Source: Candidatus Woesebacteria bacterium
Lineage (GTDB): Bacteria > Patescibacteriota > Microgenomatia > UBA8517
NCBI GenBank assembly: GCA_016432525.1
Contig: CP066693.1
Coordinates: 30,017 to 94,016, forward strand
Length of the DNA stretch: 64,000 bases
Direction: 5' to 3'
The position numbers were made by a program, and so were the translations under genes. Shown here in pieces: positions 18,583 to 28,877 of the stretch (position 1 is the first letter of the stretch; each line of letters begins with the position of its first letter). The notes beneath the pieces were generated by a model. It was not told where the DNA came from. It did no database searches and was given only the letters and a program-made list of their open reading frames with translations.

Positions 18583-19674
18583 TTATTTGTAAGCAACAGG
18601 CTTTGAAGTAAGAACTAAACCTAAAGATATTTTTCTATTTTCAGGATCAATTTCCTCAATATAGCAATTGACAGTATCTGAAACCTTTATTTTTTGTGCA
18701 GGCGGAATTTTTGTTATGTGAATTAGTCCCTCAATTCCAGGCTCCAAAACTACAAATGCCCCAAAATCTGAAATCCTTGATACTTTACCTTTGAATTTAT
18801 CATCAACTTTATATTTCTTTAAAGCGCTGATCCAAGGATCTTCAGCTGCTTGCTTTATAGAAAGAGCCAACTTCCCTTGTCTTACTCCAATCACTTTTAC
18901 TTTCACCTTTTCTCCTTCGGCTAAATAATCAGATGGCTTTCCACTTTTCTCCCAAGAAAGTTCAGAAAAATGAACCAAACCTTCAACAGTAACTTTATCT
19001 ATATCAATTGCTACAAATGCTCCAAAGTCAGTAATATTAGAAACATGACCTGTATAAATTTCTCCCTCTTTAATTTTTGTGAGAGCTTTACTTATCTTTT
19101 TAATTTCATCCGCTTCAGACACATATTTTTCTGAAAAAACAACCTTTTTATGGTCACGATCAACATCTAAAACTTTAACTTTTATGCTTTTGTCTATGTA
19201 TGATTCAATTTTTGAAAAAGTCTTTTTACCAACCTGACTCATAGGGATAAAACCAGAAACCATTCCATATTCAACCACAACTCCGGAGGGAGTTACATTT
19301 TTAACAATCGCAGAAATTTCTAAATCTTTATCCATTGCCTCATACAAGCTGTCCCAGATAGAATCACTTGAAGCATTCTTAAGAGAAATTAAAACATACC
19401 CTTCCTTTGTTTCAGGCTCAACAATTGTAGCCTGTACTTTATCTCCTACTTTCAAAGTCTTTAGATAATCACGAGCTTCCTGGAAATAAATATCATTCAA
19501 AACTGCCTCACTTTTTCCACCAACATCAAAGCTTGCATAACGCTTTGAAAGCTCAGTTAAAGTTGCATCAACTTTTTGGCCTCTTGCAAATCCAACAAGT
19601 TTTTTTGAATACAATGATAAAAGCTCCTCCATATTTTGGGGAGTCAAATTATTTTTTGAAGTTTTTTGTTTCAA
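18583..19674 (-). CDS. rpsA: 30S ribosomal protein S1 (short form with four S1 domains).
   Basis: Repeated S1 OB-fold segments (GKVSRISDFGAFVVLEPGIEGLIHITKI, YTGHVSNITDFGAFVAIDIDKVTVEGLVHFSEL, and others). It sits immediately downstream of the rRNA operon. Confidence 0.8.
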   Translation of the reverse strand: MKQKTSKNNLTPQNMEELLSLYSKKLVGFARGQKVDATLTELSKRYASFDVGGKSEAVLNDIYFQEARDYLKTLKVGDKVQATIVEPETKEGYVLISLKNASSDSIWDSLYEAMDKDLEISAIVKNVTPSGVVVEYGMVSGFIPMSQVGKKTFSKIESYIDKSIKVKVLDVDRDHKKVVFSEKYVSEADEIKKISKALTKIKEGEIYTGHVSNITDFGAFVAIDIDKVTVEGLVHFSELSWEKSGKPSDYLAEGEKVKVKVIGVRQGKLALSIKQAAEDPWISALKKYKVDDKFKGKVSRISDFGAFVVLEPGIEGLIHITKIPPAQKIKVSDTVNCYIEEIDPENRKISLGLVLTSKPVAYK

Positions 19675-19737
19675 CTTTCATTTCCTTCTTTCTGTTTACT
19701 TACCTTACCCCAATTCAATCAGGGTTGTGTGCTTTGT

Positions 19738-19862
19738 TCTTTCGGCCTTGACCTATTTTCTCGTAAGGTTGCCCAAAAAATATCGTCGGCGCTAAAGCGT
19801 TTTACGACTCTGTTCGGAATGGGAAGAGGTAGTTCCACTTCGCTCAAAAAGCCGAAAGAGCA
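19738..19862 (-). rRNA. rrf: 5S rRNA.
   Basis: The reverse complement contains 5S core motifs (CCATTCCGAAC…GTAAAACGC…TAGCGCCGA) aligned to the E. coli 5S segment CCCATGCCGAAC…GTGAAACGCCGTAGCGCCGATG. Helix I closes as CTTTCGGC/GCCGAAAG. It lies just 3' of the 23S on the same strand. Confidence 0.6.
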
Positions 19863-20202
19863 AAAAACACAATCCTACCTACACAGGCAGATTTTATACT
19901 CTGATTACTGAAGAGAAAGGTTCGCATTAATTCGATCTATTCGCACTGGTAAGCTTAACGCCTTACGGCGCTTCCACTGCCAGCCGATTAACCTGGTGTT
20001 CTTCCAGGGATCTTATAGAGTTCTAATCTTGGAGTTGGCTTCCCACTTAGATGCTTTCAGTGGTTATCACATAGGAATGTAGCTACCCGGCGCTGCTACT
20101 GACGTAACAACCGGCACACCAGGGATTCCTCCAGCCTGGTCCTCTCGTACTAAGGCTAGCTCTCCTCAAAACTCAAAACGCATGTACTGGATAGAGTCCG
20201 AC

Positions 20203-21032
20203 ATTATTGTTACATCGATTATTCGATGGTCTCGTCATTTTCATTCTGCGAGACTCCCATTGTCGCCAACAGGGTCCGACCATATCTTGTCGTTTAAAAA
20301 AAACGACTCTGGCGTATGGCCTGTGAGGATTCTAATTTATATATGATTTAAGAATTTGCTCTCTGGACACCCTTCTTTTACGAGTATTCATAGAATATGC
20401 AATTTCTAAAATTCTTTTTATTCCACTTTTTTTTAAATGCTCTTTATTATTCACAAGTTGAATAACTTGCTTGAATTTTTCAAAAGCATCCTTTTTAATA
20501 ACAAACTTGTTATCAAAAAATGGAATAACCTTGTCTCTCAAACTTGGCAAATCACGTACAACAAATGCAAGTGAATTGTCATTTTTATCAGTTAAACTAT
20601 TTGCTTTAATATAGCCACAAAATAACCTCTCTTTTAATTTTTCCAAAACTTGCCTTCCAGCAGGATTTTGAGAAACCTTAAAAAAATAAATTACTTGCCA
20701 ACCAGTTTTTGTTTCTTTCGAAGGAACTATACCTATGTAAAACATCCCTTCTCCTTCAACAAAACCTGCAAAATAATCGTCACTAATAAATTGAGACATA
20801 TAAATTAGCCTTTCCTGCTGATAATCTCAGGTTAATGATTTTTACTAGTACACAAATTGTACACTAGTACACTAATATTTTACGAGACTTTCCAGCATAT
20901 AGCCAGATTTATATTCCTTTATTTAATTATCTAGACAAAAAGATAAACATTTTCTACTTCGAATCAGTTTGTTCAACGTCAAAAGGATGAGACCGCTCTT
21001 AGACTTGTCAACACCAAATGTCTTAGGTGTTC
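20203..21032 (-). mobile_element. Intron in the 23S rRNA (presumed group I) inserted at the I-CreI-type site after …GAGACAGTT; it carries a LAGLIDADG homing-endonuclease ORF.
   Basis: The rRNA match runs up to aactgtctc (21033..21041) and resumes at gagtccgac… (about 20202), matching E. coli 23S CGTCGTGAGACAGTT^CGGTCCCTATC. The intervening 830 nt are not rRNA-like and contain ORF 20332..20799. Confidence 0.7.
20332..20799 (-). CDS. LAGLIDADG-family homing endonuclease (single-motif type) encoded in the 23S intron.
   Basis: N-terminal motif FAGFVEGEGMF, a LAGLIDADG variant. About 155 aa, basic C-terminus, nested inside the rRNA gene. Confidence 0.85.
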   Translation of the reverse strand: MSQFISDDYFAGFVEGEGMFYIGIVPSKETKTGWQVIYFFKVSQNPAGRQVLEKLKERLFCGYIKANSLTDKNDNSLAFVVRDLPSLRDKVIPFFDNKFVIKKDAFEKFKQVIQLVNNKEHLKKSGIKRILEIAYSMNTRKRRVSREQILKSYIN

Positions 21033-21655
21033 AACTGTCTCGCGACGTTCTGAACCCAGCTCACGTAGCACTTTAATGGGCGAACAGACCAACCCTTGGA
21101 AGCTTCTACACCTCCAGGATGTGCTGAGCCGACATCGAGGTAGCGAACCGCGCCGTCGCTATGGACGCTCGGGCGCGACTACTCTGTTATCCCCGGGGTA
21201 GTTTTTATCCGTTAAGCTCCGTCCCAACCCATGAGGGATCGGAGGATCACTAAGACCTGCTTTCGCATCTGCGCGGCATGTCTGCCTTGCAGTCAAGCAC
21301 TCTTATACCTTTACGCTTACACTACGATTTCCATCCGTAGCAAGAGTACCTTTGTGCCCCTGCGTTACAATTTAGCAGGGTACCGCCCCAGTAAAACTGC
21401 CCATCTAGCACTTTCCCCTCCCACGTTTTCAGAGGGATTGGGTGAGATTCATCGTATTTCAAAGAGAGGTGTTACATTGTTGTCCCGCTAAGCGGGACTC
21501 CCTCCTACGCTACACAGTTAAAATCGATAAATCAATGCCAAACTACAGTAAAACTCCACGGGGTCTTTTTGTCCAAGTACATGTAGGCCGCGTCTTCACA
21601 GCCACCGCAATTTCGCCGAGTAGAGGCTTAAGACAGTTATTAGCTCGTGACGCCA

Positions 21656-21687
<32 letters not shown>

Positions 21688-22526
21688 CTTCGCTACCGTA
21701 GAACAGTTATAGTTACTGCTGCCGTTTACTGGAGCTTGAGTTCAGAGCCAGTACACCCGAAGGTGCAAAGACCCCTCCCCTTAACTTACCAGCACTGGGC
21801 AGGCGTCAGCCCGTATACATAAGATTAACTCTTTTGCACGGACATGTGTTTTTGATAAACAGTCGACTAATAAACTTTAGTTGCATCCCGCTAAGCGGGA
21901 AACCCATCTCCCTAAGTTACGGGTAATTTTTTTGCCGAGTTCCTTAAACCTCTTTCTCTCGCTCGCCTTAGTCTTCTCGACCAGCCCACCTGTGTCGGTT
22001 TGCGGTACGGCTTAATTTGTCTCTCACTGCGAATTTTTTCTTGTAAGCTAAATTAGCTAAAATCACCCCGCTATTCGCGAGACTTTGCACCACCTAAACT
22101 AAACATCGAAACGGATTTTCCAATCTCGACTATTTTGGCTTCTGCACGTCATTTCACAAAGACGCTTTAGAAATCTAACTCAGTCAATCCCCAGCTGATA
22201 ACGATACAAAATAAGTACTAGAATTTTAACTAGTTGTCCATCGGTTACGCCATTACGGCCTCACCTTAGGTACCGACTAACCCGTCGAGGACGAACCTCG
22301 CGACGGAAACCTTGGGCATTCGGCGGTCCTGATTCTCACAGGACTCGTTCGCTACTCATACCGGCATTCTCACTTCCAACCGCTCCACCACACTTTACAG
22401 TATAGCTTCACAGCTGTTGGAACGCTCCCCTACCACTCCTTTACACCCAAAGGTGTAAAAAAATCTCAAGCTTCGGCACTAACTTTAATCCTCGATAAAT
22501 CTTCGGCGCGTGCGCTCAGTCGACCA

Positions 22527-22585
<59 letters not shown>

Positions 22586-23156
22586 ATGAACGACACACTT
22601 CCTTTCAAACTTAAGTTAGATTTAGAGGCCTTAGCTGTGAGTCTGGATTCTTTTCCTTTAGTCGCATCAGCTTAGCCCGATGCGGCTGTCTAGTCGCCCA
22701 TATTTCAAGTTATTCGGAGTTTGATTGAATCAAATTGCTTGCGCTCTCTGACCCATCCAGTGCTCTACCACCCTGAAATTTTTGACGACCACGGTCCCTA
22801 TAGACCTTTCGGGGAGAACCAGCTATCTCCGAGTTCGATTGGCATATTACCGCTATCCACAAGTCATCCGATGTTATTGCAACAACAACCGGTTCGGGCC
22901 TCCTCCTGTATTTCTACAGGACTCACCCTGCTCATGGCTAGATCACTCGGTTTCGGGTCTATTCTAAGCTACATAATTGTTCGGGCTATTCACCCTAGCT
23001 TTCACTTTGCCTTCTCCCGCTAAACGGGATTAAGCTGCAGCATAAAATAACTCGCCGGTTCATTCTTCAATAGGCACGAGATCACCCCCATCGCTGAGAG
23101 CTCTCTCGGTTTGTCCGCAAACAGTTTCAGGTTCTATTTCACTGAGCGTTCCGCTC

Positions 23157-23198
<42 letters not shown>

Positions 23199-23844
23199 CG
23201 CACCCTTATTTAGTCTTGGAGGATGGTTCCCCCGGATTCCCACAGAGTATGTACTCCATGGTACTTGGGATACTTCTAGAGGTTTTTTTGATTTCGCATA
23301 CGAGGCTTTCACTCTCTATGGCTTGATATTCCAAAAAATTCTGCTATCGCAAAAACTCTCATATTAAAGTCCCGCAACCCCTTCGTGATGCAAGCATCAC
23401 GAAAGTTTAGACTGTTACCATTTCGCTCGCCGCTACTTCGGTAATCTTTGTTAATTTCTCTTCCTCACCCTACTTAGATGTTTCAGTTCGGGTGGTTCCC
23501 TCCATACACCTTAGTAATTCCGATAAATCGAAATATTTGGGGCATAGGTCCCCGATAAATCGAGGGGGTTTTCCCATTCGGACATCGCCGGATCAAAGCT
23601 TCGTGGCAGCTCCCCGGCGCGTTTCGCGCGCCATGTGCGTCCTTCTTCGGAAGATGCGACCTAGGCATCCACTGTCTGCGTTAGTATTAAACTGCGACCT
23701 TTCTCTTCAGATGTCAAAGTACAAACCATAATTATTAGTTATCCGTAAATAAGCTCTAACTAAAGTAAAGCCAATTTACCAATAACCAATCAATCTTGTG
23801 GACCGTTCTGTCCAGCTCTTTTTTAATGTATTCACGACCTTAAG

Positions 23845-23918
23845 TGGACCTGAGCGGGATCGAACCGCTGACCTCATCATTGCAAATGATGCGCTCTATC
23901 CAGCTGAGCTACAGGCCC
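23845..23918 (-). tRNA. tRNA-Ala (anticodon TGC).
   Basis: Reverse complement GGGCCTGTAGCTCAGCTGGATAGAGCGCATCATTTGCAATGATGAGGTCAGCGGTTCGATCCCGCTCAGGTCCA. G3:U70. Anticodon loop TTTGCAA. It occupies the canonical spacer position 5' of the 23S. Confidence 0.9.
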
Positions 23919-24162
23919 TCGACCTGTCGCCTTAGGCGACCGTTTTGGCCAGCTGAACTATCGGCCCGTAAATAAAATGTGCAACAAAAAACCGACACTA
24001 GGTCGGTCATCCGATACAAGCCACCCCAAAAAGGGAGTTGCGCTTATTAAAAATTATTAAAAAAAATTCCTTTGCTCATCAATAATTCAATCGGATACGT
24101 TACCTAAAATTAGGTTAAGGCAAATTATATATTTATTAAAGCTAATAGTCAATTAGTATTTG

Positions 24163-24234
24163 TGGGCGCGCATGGGATCGAACCATGGACCTCTTTCTTA
24201 TCAGGAAAGCGCTCTACCACTGAGCCACGCGCCC
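24163..24234 (-). tRNA. tRNA-Ile (anticodon GAT).
   Basis: Reverse complement GGGCGCGTGGCTCAGTGGTAGAGCGCTTTCCTGATAAGAAAGAGGTCCATGGTTCGATCCCATGCGCGCCCA. Anticodon loop CTGATAA. Canonical Ile–Ala spacer tRNA pair. Confidence 0.9.
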
Positions 24235-24326
24235 AAGCTCAACTAGTTTACCTCAAATTGGCCTTAAACTCAACGAACATGCTATAATAGACCCATAATC
24301 CGCAGTTTGACAGAAAGGAAACGGGT

Positions 24327-24638
24327 ATGTTCAGAGATTTTGGTGATAGTAGAACCAGAACCAACCGTCCAATTTTCAGTTCTAACCAAATTAAAAATGT
24401 TTCTGAGCTCAAAAGAGGAATGAAAGTGCTTGTGTGTTCAAGTCTTAAAAACCATAAAAGCTACGTTGCCATCTTAACAATCAGCCCAGACCAAAACGAA
24501 AAAGGAGAATGGTTTATACATTACAAAAGAGAAGAAGACAAGATCGGGCTGGAAAGTCGCACTTTCCTTTGCGACCACAGCGTTGTTTCTTACGAAGACG
24601 GTAGATGGAACAACGCCAACTGGTTAGAAAAGATTTGA
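24327..24638 (+). CDS. Hypothetical protein (103 aa) encoded within the rRNA spacer region on the opposite strand.
   Basis: ORF with an upstream purine-rich stretch (acagaaaggaaacgggtATG). I recognise no motif. Confidence 0.4.
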   Translation: MFRDFGDSRTRTNRPIFSSNQIKNVSELKRGMKVLVCSSLKNHKSYVAILTISPDQNEKGEWFIHYKREEDKIGLESRTFLCDHSVVSYEDGRWNNANWLEKI

Positions 24639-24643
24639 TTTTT

Positions 24644-24681
24644 GCCCCTCTAAAGAGGAAAACTTTCTCTTCTAGAGGGGC
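24644..24681 (+). promoter_or_regulatory. Perfect 9-bp-stem hairpin immediately upstream of a TATAAT-like box and the 24702 start codon.
   Basis: GCCCCTCTA-aagaggaaaactttctcttc-TAGAGGGGC followed by tcgTATATAATacaattagtATG. It may act as a terminator for the upstream ORF and/or an operator or leader structure. Confidence 0.3.
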
Positions 24682-24701
24682 TCGTATATAATACAATTAG
24701 T

Positions 24702-26975
24702 ATGGCAAAATTGGTTACACTTCTTCTTAAACTCCCCAGAAACACTGAGGTAACACCTGAATCAGCCCAAACTTTTTTGGCAGCTTTAACTCAAATTAAT
24801 TCTCGTTCAACTCTCCATAGAATCAGGGGAATCCAAGAACGCCCGCTGGCTTTAGAAATTGCTTTAGTTAATCAACAAATCAGGTTTCAAATTACTTGCT
24901 CTGAGGATATGGCAGGTTTTGTCGAAACTCAAATCCAGTCTAACTATCCTCTTGTACTTATTGAAAAAGTTCCTGACTCTTTAGAAAATCAACCACTTTT
25001 TGTAACCGAACTAACTCTCAAAAAAGGAAATTTTTATCCCCTGGCAATTTTTTCAAGCTTTACAGATATAGATCCTCTTTCATCTATTCTCTCAGTTCTC
25101 TCAAAATCAAACCCTGATCAAATTTCAATCATCCAATTTGCATTAGAGTCAACCTCTGGCTCTTGGCAATCCATGGGGCAAAAATACTCAGACTACGGGA
25201 CAAAAAAAGAGGATGGAACTTATAGCCCAAGACCGGACTCAGCTATCATAAAAGAAAAAATTTCTTACCCAGGTTTTCTTGTCTCAATTCGCCTAGGATC
25301 AAACACGAAAGAAACCCTAAGAGAATTATCATCTGCCTTTGGTGTTTTCACCCGCGCTGATGCAAACTCTTTTTCGTCAAAAAGTAAAGGAATCTTTGGA
25401 TCTTCTCCTCTCAAAAACCTTCGCGACAGAACTGTTGCAGGTGGTGTAATTCTTAATCTTCCAGAACTCGCTACTGTTTGGCATCTTCCATCTGCCAAAA
25501 TAAAAACCTCGTCAATTGTTTGGGGAACATCAGTTTTATCAGAGCCACCAGATAATCTTCCAATTTCAGATGACAAAGACGAAAAAGCAAAAGAAGACAT
25601 CAACTTCTTTGGAAAAGTTCTTTTCAAAAACCGCGAAACAATCTACGGAATAAAAACAGTTGATCGCCGCCGCCACATCTGGTTAGTTGGAAAGACAGGA
25701 ACAGGTAAATCTACCTTCATAGCCAACATGGCAATTGACGATCTTAAAAAAGGTCGTGGTCTTGGAGTAATTGATCCTCATGGCGATCTTTGCGATATAA
25801 TCTTGGATTTCATTCCCTCAAGTCGCATCAACGATACAGTCATTTTTAATCCAGCAGATAAAGACTTTCCAATTGTCATCAATCCTCTTGAAGTTAAAAA
25901 CAAAGAAGAAGCAGAGCTTGTGGTTTCAGGAATTGTTGCAATTTTTAATAAAATTTTTGGATTTAGTTGGGGACCTCGTCTTGAATATATTTTAAGAAAC
26001 ACTCTTTTAACTCTTGCAGCAATTCCTGATAGCACTTTGGAAAATGTCTTAACAGCTTTAACTAACCCAACATATCGAAAAAGAATGATTGACCAAACAA
26101 CTGACCCAGTTCTCAAAAATTTCTGGGTTAATGAGTTTAGTAAAATGCCAGACAAACAAAGAGAAGAAGCAGTTGCCCCAATTCTAAACAAAGTTGGTCA
26201 ATTTGTTACATCCCCTCTTATTAGGAGAATAATAGGAAGCCCTCACAGTTCAATTCAAATCGATCAAATCATGAATGAAGGAAAAATAATTCTTGCCAAT
26301 CTTTCTCAAGGACGAGTAGGTGAAGATAACGCAGCCTTATTAGGAGCAATGTTAATCACCAAATTCCAGTTAGCTGCAATGCGAAGAGTTGATATTCCAG
26401 AAACCGAAAGACGCGATTTTTTCCTATATGTTGACGAATTCCAAAATTTTGCAACTCCATCATTTATGAAAATCTTATCAGAGGCAAGAAAATACCGACT
26501 CTCTTTAATGCTTGCAAATCAATATATGGCTCAAATCCCCGAAGAAGTTCAAAAATCAATTTTGGGAAATGCCGGAACCATTGTCTCATTCACAGTAGGA
26601 GCAGAAGATGGCGCCATTCTTCAAAAAGAATTTGGAGAAGTATTTACCCAAAACGACTTGGTCAATTTAGTAAATCACCAAGTAGCAATGAGACTTATGG
26701 TTGATGGACACTCAACTCGTCCATTTCTATCCCAAACTCTTCCACTTCCTCAATCAAGAAATCAAAATAAGCAAACGGTGATTAAAGTTTCTAGAGAGCG
26801 TTGGTCCAATAAAACTCCAATTCCGCCTCCACCAGTAATAATAGATTTGCCACCAACTCCTCAGCCAATGCACCAACAGCAGCAAGGCTATCGTCCTCAA
26901 TATCATTCTCAAAAAAGATTCGGCAGTTACAGAAGAAACTTCAAATCGAGTGTTGACCAGACAAAACATCAGTGA
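24702..26975 (+). CDS. TraD/TraG/VirD4-family (type IV coupling-protein-like; FtsK/HerA superfamily) P-loop ATPase. It has a soluble N-terminal domain of about 290 aa and a low-complexity Pro/Gln-rich C-terminal tail.
   Basis: HIWLVGKTGTGKSTFIANMAIDDLKKGRGLGVIDPHGDL (Walker A plus the VIDPxGD pattern, as in TrwB/TraD). Walker B / substrate-binding segment FFLYVDEFQNFATPSF…LSEARKYRLSLMLANQ. No N-terminal transmembrane helices. Confidence 0.65.
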   Translation: MAKLVTLLLKLPRNTEVTPESAQTFLAALTQINSRSTLHRIRGIQERPLALEIALVNQQIRFQITCSEDMAGFVETQIQSNYPLVLIEKVPDSLENQPLFVTELTLKKGNFYPLAIFSSFTDIDPLSSILSVLSKSNPDQISIIQFALESTSGSWQSMGQKYSDYGTKKEDGTYSPRPDSAIIKEKISYPGFLVSIRLGSNTKETLRELSSAFGVFTRADANSFSSKSKGIFGSSPLKNLRDRTVAGGVILNLPELATVWHLPSAKIKTSSIVWGTSVLSEPPDNLPISDDKDEKAKEDINFFGKVLFKNRETIYGIKTVDRRRHIWLVGKTGTGKSTFIANMAIDDLKKGRGLGVIDPHGDLCDIILDFIPSSRINDTVIFNPADKDFPIVINPLEVKNKEEAELVVSGIVAIFNKIFGFSWGPRLEYILRNTLLTLAAIPDSTLENVLTALTNPTYRKRMIDQTTDPVLKNFWVNEFSKMPDKQREEAVAPILNKVGQFVTSPLIRRIIGSPHSSIQIDQIMNEGKIILANLSQGRVGEDNAALLGAMLITKFQLAAMRRVDIPETERRDFFLYVDEFQNFATPSFMKILSEARKYRLSLMLANQYMAQIPEEVQKSILGNAGTIVSFTVGAEDGAILQKEFGEVFTQNDLVNLVNHQVAMRLMVDGHSTRPFLSQTLPLPQSRNQNKQTVIKVSRERWSNKTPIPPPPVIIDLPPTPQPMHQQQQGYRPQYHSQKRFGSYRRNFKSSVDQTKHQ

Positions 26976-27192
26976 TAAAAATGTATTAGAGATAAACGGC
27001 AAACCTCTCCTTTGCAGATGAGCGAAAATCGGTGCTTACTCGTCAATTGAAGGCCGTAAGTCTCCGAGGAAGAAGTTTGATGCATAAATTGCATAAAATG
27101 TATTCATCAAACACCTCAAACTTCTTCCTCTCCTTTTTTTAAAAAACTTTAAAATACTCCCATAGTCAACAAATAACTGGAGGTACCTTAAA

Positions 27193-27696
27193 ATGTCCAA
27201 GTTAGTCATGGCAATTGCCATATTCACGTCAATCTTTTTCGTATCGCTACCAATTCACGCGCAGGAAAATCTAAATGTTACAGTTTCTGCATCAGAGCTT
27301 CCACAAACAGGAACAAAAATTCTCGCAACAATGAATAATGGAATCAGCTTCGCGTTCGTCTCAAAAGACGAAAGTGGAGGGTGTGTCCAAATTCGTTGGT
27401 CAAACATAGCTATAAAATGCTTTGACAGAAGCACCTTGGAAAAAATTGTGATAACAACTATTCCATCTGGAGAAACACAGTATTTGAGTTTCTCCATAGT
27501 TGTCTTTAGAAAAGGAAACCTAGCTAAAGGAATCGATAGTATTTCTTCAGAAACCAAGCTGACAGAACTCGTCAAAGGCATCAAAAACCTCTTTAAAAAC
27601 GTAGCAGAATTGCTTGAAGCAAGAGATATTCATTGTATTGCAACTGCGGCTGCAGAAACTAAATCGGTCACCTTAGACATTTGGACAGAAATATAG
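27193..27696 (+). CDS. Secreted hypothetical protein (167 aa).
   Basis: A good ribosome-binding site (ctggaggtacc) 7-8 nt upstream. Signal peptide MSKLVMAIAIFTSIFFVSLPIHAQE. A terminator-like hairpin follows directly. Confidence 0.5.
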   Translation: MSKLVMAIAIFTSIFFVSLPIHAQENLNVTVSASELPQTGTKILATMNNGISFAFVSKDESGGCVQIRWSNIAIKCFDRSTLEKIVITTIPSGETQYLSFSIVVFRKGNLAKGIDSISSETKLTELVKGIKNLFKNVAELLEARDIHCIATAAAETKSVTLDIWTEI

Positions 27697-27705
27697 AATA
27701 AACCA

Positions 27706-27753
27706 AAAACCCGCTTTCAAGACGAGATTGTTCTCATCCCAAAAGCGGGTTTC
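27706..27753 (+). terminator. Inverted repeat after the 27193..27696 gene.
   Basis: AAACCCGCTTT-caagacgagattgttctcatccca-AAAGCGGGTTT followed by ctctttg. An 11-bp stem with a long loop and a weak T tract. Confidence 0.4.
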
Positions 27754-27999
27754 TCTTTGACCACCAAGACCATGACTGAAAGTGTGACTCGGTTATTTTC
27801 CTTAAATCAAAAAGACTTAAGGATAGCCTTAACCGTTGTCTAAAAGACTGGGTGTAAAAATTCACACTCCTTAGAAAGGAGGTGATCCATCCCCACCTTC
27901 CAGTAGGGATACCTTGTTACGACTTAATCCTCATCGCTGGTTTCAACTTCCTCCGATTCAATCGAAGTTCGGCTGCCCCCAACTTTGCTGACTTGACGG

Positions 28000-28877
28000 A
28001 TTGCACTTCATTGAAGTTATCGTGCGTTCCCAATCACATCAATGTGACGTCTGGTTTCTGTCCAGACTCCCGGCGAGCGGCTTTCCCGCACCGGGCGAGC
28101 CATAATGCCTATTCATTGAAAATTTCAGTCCTTTAATATATTCCAACTCTTTCGAATTAAGTTTCCTAATATCTTGTCTGCCTTTTACTATTCCAGCTAT
28201 TTTTCGAAAAGCTTCAAAACTTTTCGCTTTATAACCTAATAGCTTATATTTCTGAAAAAACGGGATAATAACATTATAGATATCGTCTCGTTTTGTTACT
28301 TCAAAAACAAAAGCAGGAAGTCGACCATCTCTAGCCGAACTTTTCTGATATACAGTTCCAATTCTAAAAAATTTCTGGACTTTAAAAAGTAAAGTTTTGT
28401 TTCCTTCTGCCTGAGCAATAAAAAATCTTAGATCAATTCTAAAATCTTTTCTCAAACTTACTAAAAAACACCCTTCTCCTTCTGTAAATCCAACAATATA
28501 TAAAGCTGAAAGCATTACGTATTTCCCTTCAATAATTACAATTTCAGTGTAACGAATATTACCCGAAAATGTCAATACCTACTATGGAAATGCTGACTTC
28601 CTAAAAAGCAATTACTTCAATCTTTTTAGGATCTCCCAGGGTCATTATGTTCTCTCTTCCTAGCATGAATGATGGGCTTTTTAAATCGACTTCCTTCCGA
28701 CCGCCCGGCGAAAGTCGTGCGAGCCTTTTTGATATCATCCCTGCTATTTGCCTCAAGCCCTCCAACCATATCAGTTACCCAATATGGTCTGCTTATTTTT
28801 TGGCTACTTGGTAGGATTTCAACCTACTAGAGGACATAACTGCCTGGCGCGTTGTTACCTAAATCTATATTACTATA
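28000..28877 (-). mobile_element. Intron in the 16S rRNA inserted within the conserved TGACGG^GCGGTGTGTAC block (near E. coli position 1395-1400); it carries a LAGLIDADG ORF.
   Basis: The rRNA match stops at …acttgacgg (27999) and resumes at ggcggtgtgtacaag (28878). The intervening sequence holds ORF 28039..28575 plus about 300 nt of structured non-rRNA sequence. Confidence 0.7.
28039..28575 (-). CDS. LAGLIDADG-family homing endonuclease encoded in the 16S intron.
   Basis: Motif VGFTEGEGCF near the probable true start (MLSALYIVGFTEGEG). About 160-178 aa. Confidence 0.85.
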   Translation of the reverse strand: MTFSGNIRYTEIVIIEGKYVMLSALYIVGFTEGEGCFLVSLRKDFRIDLRFFIAQAEGNKTLLFKVQKFFRIGTVYQKSSARDGRLPAFVFEVTKRDDIYNVIIPFFQKYKLLGYKAKSFEAFRKIAGIVKGRQDIRKLNSKELEYIKGLKFSMNRHYGSPGAGKPLAGSLDRNQTSH

